This document shows positions 15,827 through 30,504 of a stretch of 64,000 nucleotides of DNA, piece after piece. The translations under genes and the position numbers were made by a program. The notes under the pieces are model-generated. The model saw only the letters and a program-made list of their open reading frames with translations. It was not told the origin of the DNA and searched no databases. The stretch comes from Octopus sinensis (Eukaryota), in contig NC_043021.1 of the NCBI RefSeq assembly GCF_006345805.1, forward strand, positions 10,230,001-10,294,000, written 5' to 3'. Position 1 is the stretch's first letter. Every line of letters begins with the position of its first letter.

Positions 15827-18785
15827 GGTAAGTATCATTAGGGAAACATCATCGAGGAAAGAACAGCTGTAATTATTCATCAATGTTCGAACAATAAGTC
15901 AAAGAACAACCGAGAATGTTTTAATGTAAAGTAATTTATGTTATGATATGAAATATATAATCAATACAACTTTATATTATCTCATCAAAGTGCTGTTCTA
16001 ATTTCTATTGAACGAGTATTGTCATCTTTTGATGTGTATTGTAATATCTTAAATTAATATATCTTCAAAATAGCTCCCATATTTTTTATAAGTACGCAAA
16101 AAACAATTACCTTTTGCGTGATAAGAAATATTTTATTGTGTTGACCACTCAGATGATTTCAATGGAAGATTGATCCACCTGAATATTATTGCATCACCTG
16201 TCATTTTAAAATGATGAACCAATTTGTATTAATGTTGTATAGTTATTTCTTGCTTAAAAATATTTCCTGTTAATTAATAAACGCGAATATGTTGGGATTA
16301 TTGTCCTCGTCTTCGCTGTAATTGTTACAGCTTTTTGCCCGTTACATTCTTCAGTCTTTTTCAGTTTCTGCCGAATTCCGTAACTCTCAAGATAGAATAC
16401 GGGTTTCGAAGCGAACCTTTGTATTATATCTATGGTTGTGTATTGTTCTCGTTCCAGTATCTGTATCAGCACTATTCTCCCATTTGTTACTCTTTTTACA
16501 TGTGAAGTGATGTCTCTTGATCGTTCCTCTTGGAACGAACTGTTTATTATTGTTTGCGTGACTCAGAGGCAGAACTCATGCTCGTTAGTTCTCCTACGAT
16601 ACCGATCACTTTATCAACGCTTATACACATTGTCATATGGTCATGTAAGGGAATTATGTAGCGGAAATTAGAAATATCAAAACCTAATTTTTTCATAGTC
16701 ATAAGCGAAATGTTCTTTCATTCTTCAAAAGAGACCCCTATAAAGTGTTTATCTCTATGTTAGTTCTACTGAGGACTTTATCAATGGCGTTCGAGGACAT
16801 CTCTTTTGAAGAAAGGCTCTAAAATAAAATATCATGACCAATAGCTTTGTGTACTACACCCCGTGGAACTTTATATTAAGTTATATCACCTCATATAAAG
16901 GGAGACTATGTACCCCTTAAGAGTAGGACTACATTGTAAAGCTATGAACTGTGTGTGGGATGGAGAAAAAAATAAAGCAGTTGTGACAGAAAACAGAAGC
17001 CAACAGCTTTTGCGGAACAAAGTCAAGATGATAGAATATTAATATATAATATATAATATATTAATATATTAATACAACGACTGGAAAAGCCATCATATAC
17101 GCTTGTTATGTGATAGTTCCGTAATGTTAGCGTAGCGATGATTTTGATAATATGTGAAAGCGTGAAAGTGCTTTCTGGGTTGAATTAGGAATTGTTTTAT
17201 GTATTTGAAAACTGCGTATATGGTTGTTTTGATATAGGATATGTTGGCTATCCGTTCCTGAGATTTCTCTTTAGAGCAGCCAATAGTGGATGGTACTGAG
17301 CTGCTTCAATACTCGTTCAAAAATTAAGTGAACTTCAGAAAAACTGTTCTTGCTGTAAATCGTGGTATATAGCCTTATACACCACGAGTAATGAGACAGC
17401 ACAATAGCATCAACTATTGGCAAATCTGAACATGAGACTCAAGAATGGATTGCCAACATCTCCCACTTCGAAACAACCATATATGCAGGTTTCAAATACA
17501 TAAGACAATTCCTAAATCAACCCAGGAAGCATTTTCACATATTGCTAAAATCAGTGGAGCCTCAAAATTTAGTTGTCTTTTATCTTTTGTCATTTACTTG
17601 TTTCAGTCATTAGACTGCAGCCATGCGAACTGTAGTCGAAAAACTGGGCATCAGGATTTTTTTAAAAGCCTGTTACTTATTCTGTCGGTCTTCCTTTGGC
17701 GAACCGCTAACTTTTGGGGACGTAAACACATCAATACCAGTTGTCAAGCATTGGGGAGGACAAACACAGGTACAAAAACGATGAACGTACACACACAAAC
17801 ACATAAACACACACATACACACACACACACACACACACAATGGTTTCCGCCAGCACATCCATTTACAAAGCTTTGAGTCACTCTAGGCCATAATAGAAGA
17901 CACTCGCCAGTGCCTCGCAATGGAATTGAATCCGGAATCATGTGGTTGGGAAATAAACCTCTTGACATACAGCCATGCCCTCAGATTCTTTTTTACGTAT
18001 TATAAAGGAACCTTGCAGGTGCTATAATGAACACAGGAAATACGGACTTCATTAGACAGTAACTAATAGGATACAAAAGTGGAGATTTCTTCATAGTAAT
18101 AGCATGACAGAAAATACAAGTTGGCAAAAAAATAACTTAATATTGGACAACATTGTTTACAGTAAAACTTGGTCCCAATATGGATATCGAAATAAATACA
18201 AAGTGCAGGCATGGATTTAATACAAGGTTCGCTTCGAAACTTATATTTCGTATTGAAACGGAATGCAACGGAAACCTAAAAAGTTTGAAGGACAAAACGC
18301 CCGAAACGTTGTGACCAAAACAATCAAGATGACATTAATACTAACATATTTGCGTTTATTAATTAACAGAAATATTTTTAAGCAAGAAATAACTATACAA
18401 GATCCGTACTTTTAAAATGACTGTTAATGGAATAATATTAAGGTGGATCAATCTTCCATTGAAATCATCATAATAAAATATATATTATATCACACAGAAG
18501 GTAATTGTTTTTCACGTCCATATAAAAAAATATGGGAACAACTTTGAAGATGTATTAATTTAAGATGTTACAATACACCTCAAAAGATTACAATACTCGT
18601 TTAATAGAAATTAGAATAGCACTTTGATGAGATAATATAAAGTTGTATTGATTATATATTTCATATTATAACATAAATTACTTTACATTAAAACATTCTC
18701 TCTTGTTCTTTGTCTTATTGTTCGAACATAGATGAATAATTACAGCTGTTCTTTCCTCAAAGATGTTTTCCTAATGATACTTACC

Positions 18786-18822
18786 TATAAATACCACACG
18801 ACTCATAAGTCTAGCATCAGTT
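18786..18822 (+). promoter_or_regulatory. TATA box (TATAAATA 18786-18793) and initiator-like TCAGTT (18817-18822) of copy C
   Basis: Canonical TATA about 30 bp upstream of an Inr-like motif and about 75 bp upstream of the ATG. Same layout in all full copies. Confidence 0.65.
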
Positions 18823-18916
18823 CAATTATTTTACACAGATAACCGAACATCTAGAATCACCATGTTGTCTCTCTGTTGCCTTCTTGTTACGGTTGCTTCA
18901 GTTTTTGCTGGTAAGT

Positions 18917-19183
18917 TGTTGTGTGGACGCCTCCAGACGATGAAGTAGGCTAGCCCATTACGTAGGTATAGAGGGAGAAATCTAGACATCGGCTGAGGAG
19001 TTGAGTTGAGTAGAGGTCATTCGAACGTGCCACATAACAGTGGCGACGAGGATGAGATACTGTTATGTCGCACGTTCCGATGACCTCAACTCAGCTCTAC
19101 TCCTCTGCCGACGTCTAGATTTCTCCCTCTATAGCTACGTATTTGGCTAGCCTACTTCATCATCTGGAGGCGTCCACCCAACG
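18917..19183. mobile_element. 267-bp fold-back MITE in intron 1 of copy C, with TAAGT target duplication
   Basis: Imperfect palindrome with ~125-bp arms and a ~17-nt loop; termini TGTTG...CAACG; absent from B, G and H (empty site GTAAGTCATG in G/H). Confidence 0.8.
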
Positions 19184-20519
19184 TAAGTCGTATCACCCGT
19201 TTCAGTGTGCGACATTATCGAACTTTTGAAATCCCATATTAACACCGGTTATTTTCACGATTTTAATTTTGATACATGAGTCAGAAAAAGCCACGCATAA
19301 ATTCAATGTCAAAGAAAGGATGAAAAATATTTCTTTCGCATTTAATTAAAACGCCTAAAAAAACTACAGTCGTACAAATTACAGTGATTGATATATCGTA
19401 GACATTGAAGAATGATCAGTCTACAAATATATATTTATTTCGTTTTGTGATTCTCTTTCAGCACCAGAAACACAGATCGTCGGTGGATCTGAAGCACAAA
19501 ACTGCGAGTTTCCTTCCATTGTCCACCTCCAAATATTTAACCAACCCACAGATAACATGATTAGTATGTGCGGAGGTACTTTGATTGATGCTACACACGT
19601 ATTGACAGCAGCCCACTGCCTGTAAGTATATACATTACAGATTTACGTTCTCACATCTTTATATTACATCACTTGGTGTTAATGATGAAGAAAGTTTAAT
19701 TTCTGTTTTATAACATAAATGTTGAAAAGAATTTGATGTTGGTGTAAACAGCAACACATATACTAGCTTTAATATCAGGCTAAAATTTGCATAGAATTCT
19801 GTTTTCAACAATGTTTGAATATATTAACTTTCACCATAAGCAGGTGGGAATATTTAGATAAAAATATATATTTAATTTCCAACTTGAAAATATATTGAGG
19901 CGAATGAATACATCACTTCAATCTCTGAACATTCTTCTATATTTTGTCTGTATTAATTGTTCATTTGACTTCCTGTGTGCTTCATATCGTTCAGACCAAC
20001 AACACCGATATAAATATACTTTAATAACACACACGATCCGAATTGCAACATTGGAATGGACATCAACGTTTAATAATAACAGAGCAATGTAAGAGAGTTC
20101 TGTTACAATACTTTAATGAATGGTCAAATATTTTAATATCTAAGAGGACAGTTTCAAGTATATTACGGTATAAATTTACTGTCTGTTAAAGATCTGCCAT
20201 ATTTGATTTGATTTTAGCGAAGGAAACGTCAGAAGGGTTAAAGTAAATATTGGTTCCAACAACATGGATGGAGTGGTTCTCAGTCAACAACTGCAAGTAG
20301 AATTCTGAAACATGGTGGATACGTACATACTCCATACCTGATACGTGAGTATTACAATTATCACGTCTTCAGATATTTTCTTCTAAATTCTTTCTTCCTC
20401 TCAACCATATATCAGTAAATATTACTATTTCATGAATTGCAATGTGGTAACTAAGTTTGGTCTTTTCACTTCAGTGTTTCTGCAATAAATGTTTAAAAGA
20501 AGATGGTTACATGACTTCT

Positions 20520-21400
20520 TAAAAAACAGAGCCAGGCTATGGGAGCCAACGGGTTCCTCTCCAAGGGGGCATTAATAATGAGAGTAGCGTCTCAGGGAAC
20601 TGTCTTGATGGCTGTCTCGGCCATGGTATCAGTTATATAAACAACAACAGCTGCTAGCCACGCCGACAACATAAAAGTAACACAAACAGACATGGACACA
20701 CTCGACGCTAATCTTCCGCAAAAAGACTCAGATGTTACATAAATGGGCTGAAGAAAAGTGCATGCAATTTAATGTAGGAAAATTCCAAGCCCTCAGCTAT
20801 CAGTCGGCTTGTGCTAACACGTCACAACAAAAGCAATTTGGACATAAAAGATCAGCCAGTCTAGAGTCAAACACAATGTGTGACCTCGATATTGATGTGA
20901 GCAACGATTCTTCGTTTCGTGTACGTATCATAAAGATGGTGGCAATGTGGAAGCGAATGAGTGGATGGACTCTAAACACTTTCACAACAAAAGACCAGGA
21001 ACTTATTCTGATCGTTACAGAGTGCATTTGTCCTCTGCCATCTGGACAACTGCTCTCAACTATAGTCACCCCACAGTGTGAAATTAATGGCTTAACTTCA
21101 GGCAGTTCAGCTGTGCTAGGAAGACTACAACCCTGAAATGCCTGAGTTACTAAGGGAGACTGGAAGATTCTACTCTCTAGAGCGAAAACAGGAGACATAT
21201 GCAATGATATACATAGGCACTGCAAGAGCTTGGGATGCAATGGCCCACAGCTATTTAATATCCTGCGAAAAACCCGGAGAGTTCTGTATGTTCTTCTGCA
21301 GTACAAGATCTGAGATAAACCCGTATCACGGAAAATAACCCAAAAGAGGGCAACAGAATCGAACTACCACATCCACCAAAAGCTAATCACATGAGAATGG
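20520..21400 (+). mobile_element. Degraded CR1-like LINE RT fragment in intron 3 of C (copies at ~13060-13930 - in B and ~30600-31500 - in E)
   Basis: Decayed VPQGTVL and YADD-like motifs (SHADNIK), then KWAEEKCMQFNVGKF, DVSNDSSF, SGWTLNTF and YSLERKQETY. Confidence 0.6.
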
Positions 21401-21495
21401 CCAGTGAAAAAGGGATGCTATTCGGCGGTGCCCAGTATGACGAAACAAAACTCTTTGAGCAGAAACGCATAAAGTAACAAAAGAACGTATGCTCG

Positions 21496-21558
<63 letters not shown>

Positions 21559-22859
21559 TTTCTTAATATATAAGGTAAAGACCCCTTTCGGTCATAATCA
21601 AGAGATAGCAACGAGTAAGTTCCCCTCCAAGGTGTAAGTCTACTCTCCCCTCTCCATAGCTCCGATGTTGCCCAAGGAAAAGGCAAAGGCCGATACAGTT
21701 TGGCACCAGTGACGTCACAACCCAGTTCTCTAACCGAGTGGACTGGAGAAAGGTGGAAAAAAACGTTTTGCTCAAAACACAGCCCGTTCCGAGAATTGAG
21801 CTCACAACCACTTATACATACATACTTACATACATACATGGTCATCAAATATTTATGTCTATATTGCACGCATGTCTATTCGATGAGTATCCATCATATA
21901 TATCTGTTTATACATAATGACACTACATATATGCATCGCTAGTATACATGTACGTCTAACATATGCGTATGTTTTCCCCGTACAGAGAACGACATTGCCA
22001 TACTGACATTGAGCGAGCCAGTCCGTGAAGGTAGATGTGTCAAGTTTGCACAATTGGCCAGTAAAGGAGAAACATTTGGTACCCGAAGATGTATCGCTGC
22101 TGGATGGGGAAATTTCCAATGTAAGTATCATGAAATTTTCATCTGATGTTCCTATCATTCTCAGTTTAATCATCGTCAATCGATATTAATCATCATTCAA
22201 ATGTGTTATTTTCAGTTAAAGGAAACAGTCCTGACGAATTATACAAAGTGGCTCTTCCAGCTATTCCCCATGATGTATGTACAAGAAGATCAAGGATGCG
22301 AATTGCTGATGGAGTTCTCTGTGCCGGAGATTTCAGACAAGGTGGAGCATCTACTTGCCAGGTATGTTTTATTGATATTATAGCGTATACAGTAATCCCA
22401 AGCCATATCACGATTCCCCTATCGTGCGCTCAGTACATCGCGGTTCACCTGTCATGCACTCTGTACATCGCGGATTTTCCTGGCTAATATATGTAAATTT
22501 ATATCGCGGACTCCTCAGTATAGCCGGATTTCTGCGGCCGAAATGCATTTATATATTTTTTTAAGATTTTCATTAATTCTGTGGGAGGTTGAGGAACGTA
22601 AAACCTGCGATAGTCAGGGATTACTGTACACCTAGAGGGATATCTAACAGATATATCTCTTTAAATGATAAATATACTGTATAATTATATATATACATGA
22701 AAATCTATGAGAATGACGTTTTGAAGTGTAAAAGTGAATTGTTTAAAAATCAATTTTTAAAAAAATATTACGAAATCTTTTATGAGGATGTTACTAACCA
22801 TTTTGTGGAAGAAGTTTTTTTTGTAATATATATATGTAGAGTCAAACAGACATACAAAC

Positions 22860-22973
<114 letters not shown>

Positions 22974-24657
22974 GAATGGACAGATGGACGGACAGAATGA
23001 TACATAGATGTATTTGTAAGCTTCTGTGTGTGTGTGTGTGTGTGTGTGTGTTTGAAATGAGAACTCCTTATCGTCACATGTAAATTTCTTTGTAAAATAC
23101 ATTGAAGAAATGATTCGTTTTCTGAAATATTCACAGAGCAGTTCTAATTTTAGACAATATCTAATAATTCCAGTGAATATAAAGATATTTTGTTTGTGTT
23201 TTTTTATTTCAGGGTGACTCTGGTGGTCCACTTTATTGTCCAAGCTCAAATGGTCAAATGGTTTTGGCAGGAGTAACATCCTTCGGAAATAAATGTGATA
23301 ATGAAGTCAGTGCTTTCAGCGATGTCGGATATTTCCGAGACTGGATCAATAGTAACCTGTAAAAAGTACTTTAATGAAAATTTCTGTTTATAAAGGAATG
23401 TCACTAAAATATTATTCACAATGAATTAACAAATTAATAAATATATAAAATAATTAATCAAATTGTTGTGGTTTTTGTTATATTACGCGAGAATTTCCAA
23501 CTATATATCTGTTTGTAGTTTTGTTTCTGATAATTTTGTAGTAGAATCATATTTCTTACGAGGAGATGCTGAAAAATCCCAAGCTTTAAGAGTGCCCCGA
23601 AAAGCCTGGTCGGTGGACCAAGCTTCCGAATTCTTTTACATGGCTTAGAAAACCTGAACGACCGCTGCAATAAGTGTGTCAATCCGAGAGGGGAAATGTT
23701 GAATAAAATCATAATTAACTGATTCTCCTGTATTTTCTTTTACCCAAAAGCCAGGAAGTTTTCAGCACCTCATCGTACATATGACTGTGGTGTGTATATC
23801 TTTTCCCATTGTTCCACTACATGGCTAGGAAAGTCTGTGGAATTTGAGATTATAACTAGATCATAACAGCGATTAACGCTGTAATCTCAGTTACTGTTTC
23901 ACAGACGGTTGATGTTTTTGTTGTTCATATTTCAAAAGCAAAACGGAATTTATGATAGACTATTTAAATCGCCGGACGATCATAAAATTTCAGCCCTAAT
24001 TTTAACGATTCTAGACATATCTAGCGGTGTGGGAAGTGTGTGAGAATCTGTGTGGTGTTGGTGTCAGATAAAGAGAGGTAGCGAGTTGAGCCCATTAAGG
24101 GCGAAGGAATTAAGGGAGAAGATAAATTGGTGTTCGCGGCGAAGGCGAGATTCCGGTTGGCCCTATGCAGAGAGTCCGAACAGACAGGTGTTGCAGCGAA
24201 AGAGCGGTAGAGTGGAAGTGACGTGAGACCGGGATGTCATTGCCGAATCTGGTGTCTCGGAGATGCTCAGCGAACCGGTAAGCCAAGCGGCGTCCTTTTT
24301 GACCAATGTACAGGGAAGGACAGAGAGAGCAGGATATGCAGGTAAAGGATAGGGGAGTACCAGTGAAGATAGTGGTATTGGAGAGGTAGGGACAGATGCG
24401 ACAGTGTGGACGAGAGAAAGGGAAGGGGCCAGGCTTGGAGGCAGGAATAAGGAAGAAACTCTGGACCAGGAGGTCATGCAGATTATGGGCCCGTTTGAAG
24501 GAGAGGAGTGGAAGGAAATAGAGGGTAAATGATTTTATTTTTCATTCCCTTTCGAAATTACCCATAATAGTGATTTGGAGTTTAACTACTCCTTCTAGCG
24601 GGTCAGATATCCTGTTATGGCCATCACTTGTATGTTAAAATATACACTGTATTTTTA

Positions 24658-24765
<108 letters not shown>

Positions 24766-26328
24766 CTTCTGTCGGTTTGTCTATCTCTCTATCCCTTTGT
24801 CTATCTATCTAACTACTTGCACACACTCACATAAGCACGTACCCCACTACACATACACACACTCACACACACACACACTGACGCACACACCTATACACAC
24901 TCACGCATACATACGGCACACACATATACACATATGGGATAGTGTGTTCAATTCCTGGATCAGCCTATGTGTTGTGTTCTTGAGCAAGACACTTTATCTC
25001 ACGTTACTTCATGTCACTCACCTGTAGAAAAGAGTTGCGACGTCACTGGTGCCAAGCTGCATCAGCTTTTGCCTTTCCCTTGGACAACATCGAATGCGTG
25101 GTATGCATGGGGGACTGCTGGTCTTCCATCAAGAACCTTTCCCTGACCTGTGCCTCGGAGGTTAACTTTCTAGGTGCACGGTCATTCATGACCGACGCCG
25201 AAAATCCGTGTATGTATAAAAGGAACATTGTGCACGGTGTAATATTAAGTAAAAAGGAAAACGAATGGACAGTTCATGGCATCACTACACGTGTTTCAAT
25301 AGCATGGCTTATTCTAAGTATGTATGTATGTATGTATGTATGTATGTAGTCGGAGGGCTAAAGGCGCATGGGTCAGTGGTTAGAGCGTTATGCTTACAAT
25401 CTGGAGGTTGTGAGTTTGATTCCCGGACCGGGCTGTGTGTTGCATTCTTGTGCACAACACGCATTGCTGCAGTCCGCGCAGTTGTAGAATTGAGTTGCGA
25501 CTTCACGAGTGCCAAGTTTTACTGGTCTTTCCTTTCGCTTGGACAACATCGGTGGCGTGGAGAGAGGAGAATGGTATGCATGGGTGACTGTTGGTCTTCC
25601 ACAAACAACCTTGCTTGGACTTACGCCTTGGAAGGGAACCTACTCGCTGCAATCCCATGATCGTTAGTGGCCGAATTAGGTCTTTACTGTATAGTAAAAG
25701 AGAGAGTGGGGAATGAGAGAGCGAGAGAGAGAGAGAGAGAGAGTGGCAAAGACGTTAGCACGCCGGGCGAAGTGCTTCGCGGTATTTCACCCGTCGCTAT
25801 GTTCTGAGTTCAAATTATGCCTGGCTCATAAGGGCAGGTTTCCCGATTTCCTCGGCGTATATGTTTCCCACCTGGACGGGTCGCCGGTCCATCGCAGGTG
25901 AGCTGCAAGATGCAGGAGGAAAGAGTGAGAGTAAGTTGTGGCGAAAGAGTCAGCAGAAGTTCGCCATAACCTTCTGCCAGAGCCGCGTGGAGATTAGGTG
26001 TTTCGCTTATAAACACACACATCGCCCAGTCTGAGATTCGAACCCGCAATCCCTCGACCGCAAGTCCGCTGCTCTAACCACTAGGCCATGTGCCTCCACT
26101 TCAGGTCTGATGAGTATATCTTGAATGTTTGGATAATGCAAAATGTGATGAGCAAGAAAGAAAAAATGTCGGCTTTTAAACGTTTATTACAGAAACACTG
26201 AACTGAAAACACCAAATAATAGTTATCGTATATTGACACGAGATTGCAATTGATGAAACACCGATATTGATTGATGAAGAGAGAATTTACAAGAAAATAT
26301 CTGAAAACGTGATAATTGTAATATTCAC

Positions 26329-26456
26329 TAATCAGGTATCGAGTATGTACGTATCCACCATGTTTCAGAATTCTACTTGAAGTTGTTGACTGAGAACCAG
26401 GACTCCATTTGTTGATGGAACCAATATTTACTTTAACCCTTCTGACATTTCCTTCG
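26329..26456 (-). pseudogene. Copy D: orphan exon 3 of the protease gene
   Basis: 128-bp exon EGNVRRVKVNIGSINKWSPGSQSTTSSRILKHGGYVHTRYLI with flanking intron sequence matching copy A introns (inverted). No exon 2 or exon 4 nearby. Confidence 0.85.
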
Positions 26457-27461
26457 CTAAAATCAAATCAAATATGGCGGATCTTTAACAGGCAATAATT
26501 TTATACCGTAGTATGCTTGAAACTGTATACAATAATAAAGTCGCCAGCTAGTTAATTTGTATTGTATAACTATTGCTAAAAGAAAGTATTTATTAAAATC
26601 TAGACTGCGTGGCACCTTAAGCAAGTGTCTTCTACTATAGCCTCGGGCCGACCAAAGCCTCGTGAGTGGATTTGGTAGACGGAAACTGAAAGAAGCCCGT
26701 TGTATATATGCATATATATATATATGAATGTGTGTGTATATGTTTGTGTCTGTGTTTGTCCCCCCAACATTGTTTGACAACTGATGGTGGTACGTTTACG
26801 TCCCCGTAACTTAGCGGTTCGGCAAAAGTGACCGATAAAATAAGTACTAGGCTTCTAAAGAATAAGTCCTGTGGTCGATTTGCTTGACTAAAGGCGGTGC
26901 TCCAGCATGGCCACAGTCAAATGACTGAAACAAGTAGACGAGTAATAGAGTAGATTTCAAGATGTCATTTTGTAATACTTTAGCATTCTGCATTCTTCAG
27001 GTAAATTCCGTTTTGCTTTTGAAATAGGAACAACGAAAACATCTACCGTCTGTGAAACAGAAACTGATATTGCTGTACTAATCGCTGTTATGATCTAGTT
27101 ATAATCTCTACAGACTTTCCTAACAATATAGTGGAACAATGGGAAAAGAGATACACACGACTGTCATACCTACGAGGAGGTGTTGAAAAGTTCCTTGCTC
27201 TGGGTAAAAGGAAATACAGGAGAATCAGTTCATTATGATTTTATCCAACATATTTCCCTCTCAGATTCACACACTTATTGTGTGTGAATAGGCGCAGGAG
27301 TGGATGTGTGGTAAGTAGCTTGCTAACCAACCACATGGTTCCGGGTTCATTCCCACTGCGTGGCATCTTGGGCAAGTGTCTTCTGCTATAGCCCCGGGCC
27401 GACCAATGCCTTGTGAGTGGATTTGGTAGACGGAAACTGAAAGAAGCCTGTCGTATATATG

Positions 27462-27556
<95 letters not shown>

Positions 27557-28428
27557 TGTTTGTGTGTCTGTGTTTGTTCCTCTAGCATTGCTTTACAATC
27601 GATGCAGGTGTGTTTACGTCCCCGTCACTTAGCGATAGAATAAGTACTGGGCTTACAAAGAATAAGTCCCAGGGTCGATTTGCTCGACTAAAGGCGGTAC
27701 TCCAGCATGGCCGCAGTCAAATAACTGAAACAAGTAAAAGAGTAAAAGAGTAGAGTTATTGCAATAGCCCTTCAGTTTTTCTAAACCTTGTAAAAGAATT
27801 CGAAAGTTTGGGCCTCCAGCCAGGCTTTTTGCGATGTCCTTAAAGCCCGGGATTTTTCAGCACCCCCTCGTAGGAAATACCATTCTTCTACAAAATTATT
27901 AGAAACAAACTTGCAAACAGAGATGTACTGAGACCCGCTTCGGTCATGACTGACCATGGGATTGCATCTAGAAAGTTACCCTCCGAGGCACAAGTCCGGG
28001 CTAGGGTGTTTATGGAAGACCAGCAGTCACCCATGCATACCAGCCTCTCTTCTTCACGCCACCAGTGTTATCTAAGGAAAGGCAAAGGGGCCGATACAGC
28101 TTGGCACCTTTGACGTCGCAACTCATTTCTACAGCTGAGTGAACTGGAACAACGTGAAATAAAGTGTCTTGCTCAAGAACTCAACGCGCAGCCCGTTCCG
28201 GGATTCGAGTTCACAACCTCACGATCGTAAGCTCGATGCTCTAACCACTGAGCCATGCGCCTTCAAGAAAACAGAGATATAGTTGAACATTCTCATGTAA
28301 CAGTATAACAACAACAACAACAACAACAACAACAATTTGATAAATTGTTTTATATATTTATTAATACATTGTGAATAATATTCTAGTGATATTCCTTTGC
28401 AAATAGACATCTTTATTTAAAGTACTTC

Positions 28429-30414
28429 TTACAGGTTAGTCTGGATCCAGTCTCGGAAATATCCGACATCGCTGAAAGCGCTGATTTCCATGTCACATTT
28501 ACGTCCAAAGGAAGTTACACCAGCTAAGACCATTTGACCATTTGAACTTGGACAATAAAGTGGACCACCAGAGTCACCCTGAAAAAAACACAAACAATAT
28601 AAACTTATATTTAGTGAAAACGCAGCACAAGGTCAAACAGAGGTGGAAAACGATGAAATAGAGGTCGTAAAGGAGTACGTCAGCTCGAAGTAAAAAGTTG
28701 ATATGCGTCGAGACATGGAGACTGAAATCTCGAGGAGAATAACGACACGATGGAAGGTGTTAGCCTCCATAAAAGATGTGCTCAAATCAAAGCTAGACAA
28801 CTTAATGGTGGTAATTCGGGAACAAAGCGGATTGAAGGGTGCGATGGTAGAATATGAAAACCACAAGTTTCACAGGGCCGGACATGTTGCAAGGCTCACA
28901 AGCAATAGGTGAACCCATGCAATTGTTGAATGGTTACCAAGAGATCGGAAAGGTCACTTGGGAGGGCCGTCTAACGGCAATGGGGAGATAATTTAGTAAA
29001 ACGATTTTGGAGAAGATGGAAAGAAATAATTTAGTAAAACGATTTTGGAAGAGATTTGCAAGATGGAAAGAAAAGCGTAAGAAAGATTTGGAAGCTCCTT
29101 AAGACCAGCGGCGAATAATAACATTTGACAGTGTGGTCAATACAGAGGAGCAGTGAGATCACAAAATGAATCATTTGTTTAATATATTATTCAATAGAGA
29201 ACTTTACTTGTAAAGTTGAATAGTCTTCTTTTCGCCAGGTTCAGCTTTTGTGGATCCGATATACTTGCATCAATACAGACATGCACACACATACACATAA
29301 ATAATGCGTGTGTGTATGCGCGTATGTGTGTGTGTATTAGCGACGGGGGGCAATATTAATACAGTGAGGGAATAATTTATCCCATCTTAAAAGTGGATGT
29401 TCTGTTAGAACAGGCTATACTGTGGTAGATGCCATGAGAGAAACTCTCATATTGGCTTTTGGTGCAAAATGTATTCTTGTTTATATCGAAAGCGGGGAGA
29501 CATATCCCAGCCATCTGCAGCAAAATGTATATTTATCATTTAAGGAGATATATCGGTTAGATATCACTAGAGGTATATATTCTACAATATCAATATAACA
29601 TACCTGGCAAGTAGATGCTCCACCTTGTCTGAAATCTCCGGCACAGAGAACTCCCTCAGCAATTCGCATCATTGAGTTTTGTGTACATACATCATGGGGA
29701 ATAGCTGGAAGAGCCACTTTGTATAATTCGTCAGGACTGTTTCCCTCAACTGAAAATAACACATTTGAATGATGATTAATATCGATTGACGATGATTAAA
29801 TTGAGATGATAGGAACATCAGATGGAAATTTCATGATACTTACATTGGAAATCTCCCCATCCAGCAGCGATACATTTTCGGGTACCAAATGTTTCTCCTT
29901 TACTGGCCAATTGTGCAAACTTGACACATCTACCTTCACGGACTGGGTCGCTCAAAGTCAGTATGGCAATGTCGTTCTCTGTAAGGGGAAAACATACGCA
30001 TATGTTAGACATACATGTATACTAGCGATGCATATATGTAGTGTCATTATGTATATACAGATATATATGATGGATACACATTGAATAGAGATGCGTGCAG
30101 TATAGACATAAATATTTGATGACCATGTATGTATGTATGTAAGTATGTATGTATAAGTGGTTGTTAGCTCGATTCTCGGAGCGGGCTGTGTTTTGAGCAA
30201 AACGTTTTTTTCCACCTTTCTCCAGTCCACTCGGTTAGAGAACTGGGTTGTGACGTCACTGGTGCCAAACTGTATCGGCCTTTGCCTTTTCCTTGGGCAA
30301 CATCGGAGCTATGGGAGGGGAGAGGGAGAGTGGACTTACACCTTGGAGGGGAACTTACTCGTTGCTATCTCTTGATTATGACCGAAAGGGGTCTTTACCT
30401 TATATATTAAGAAA

Positions 30415-30504
<90 letters not shown>

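Noticed and set aside
15751-18861. Single shared bidirectional core promoter for the head-to-head genes
   Set aside because: Each gene has its own TATA/Inr about 3 kb apart; a shared enhancer remains possible but is not evidenced by the sequence
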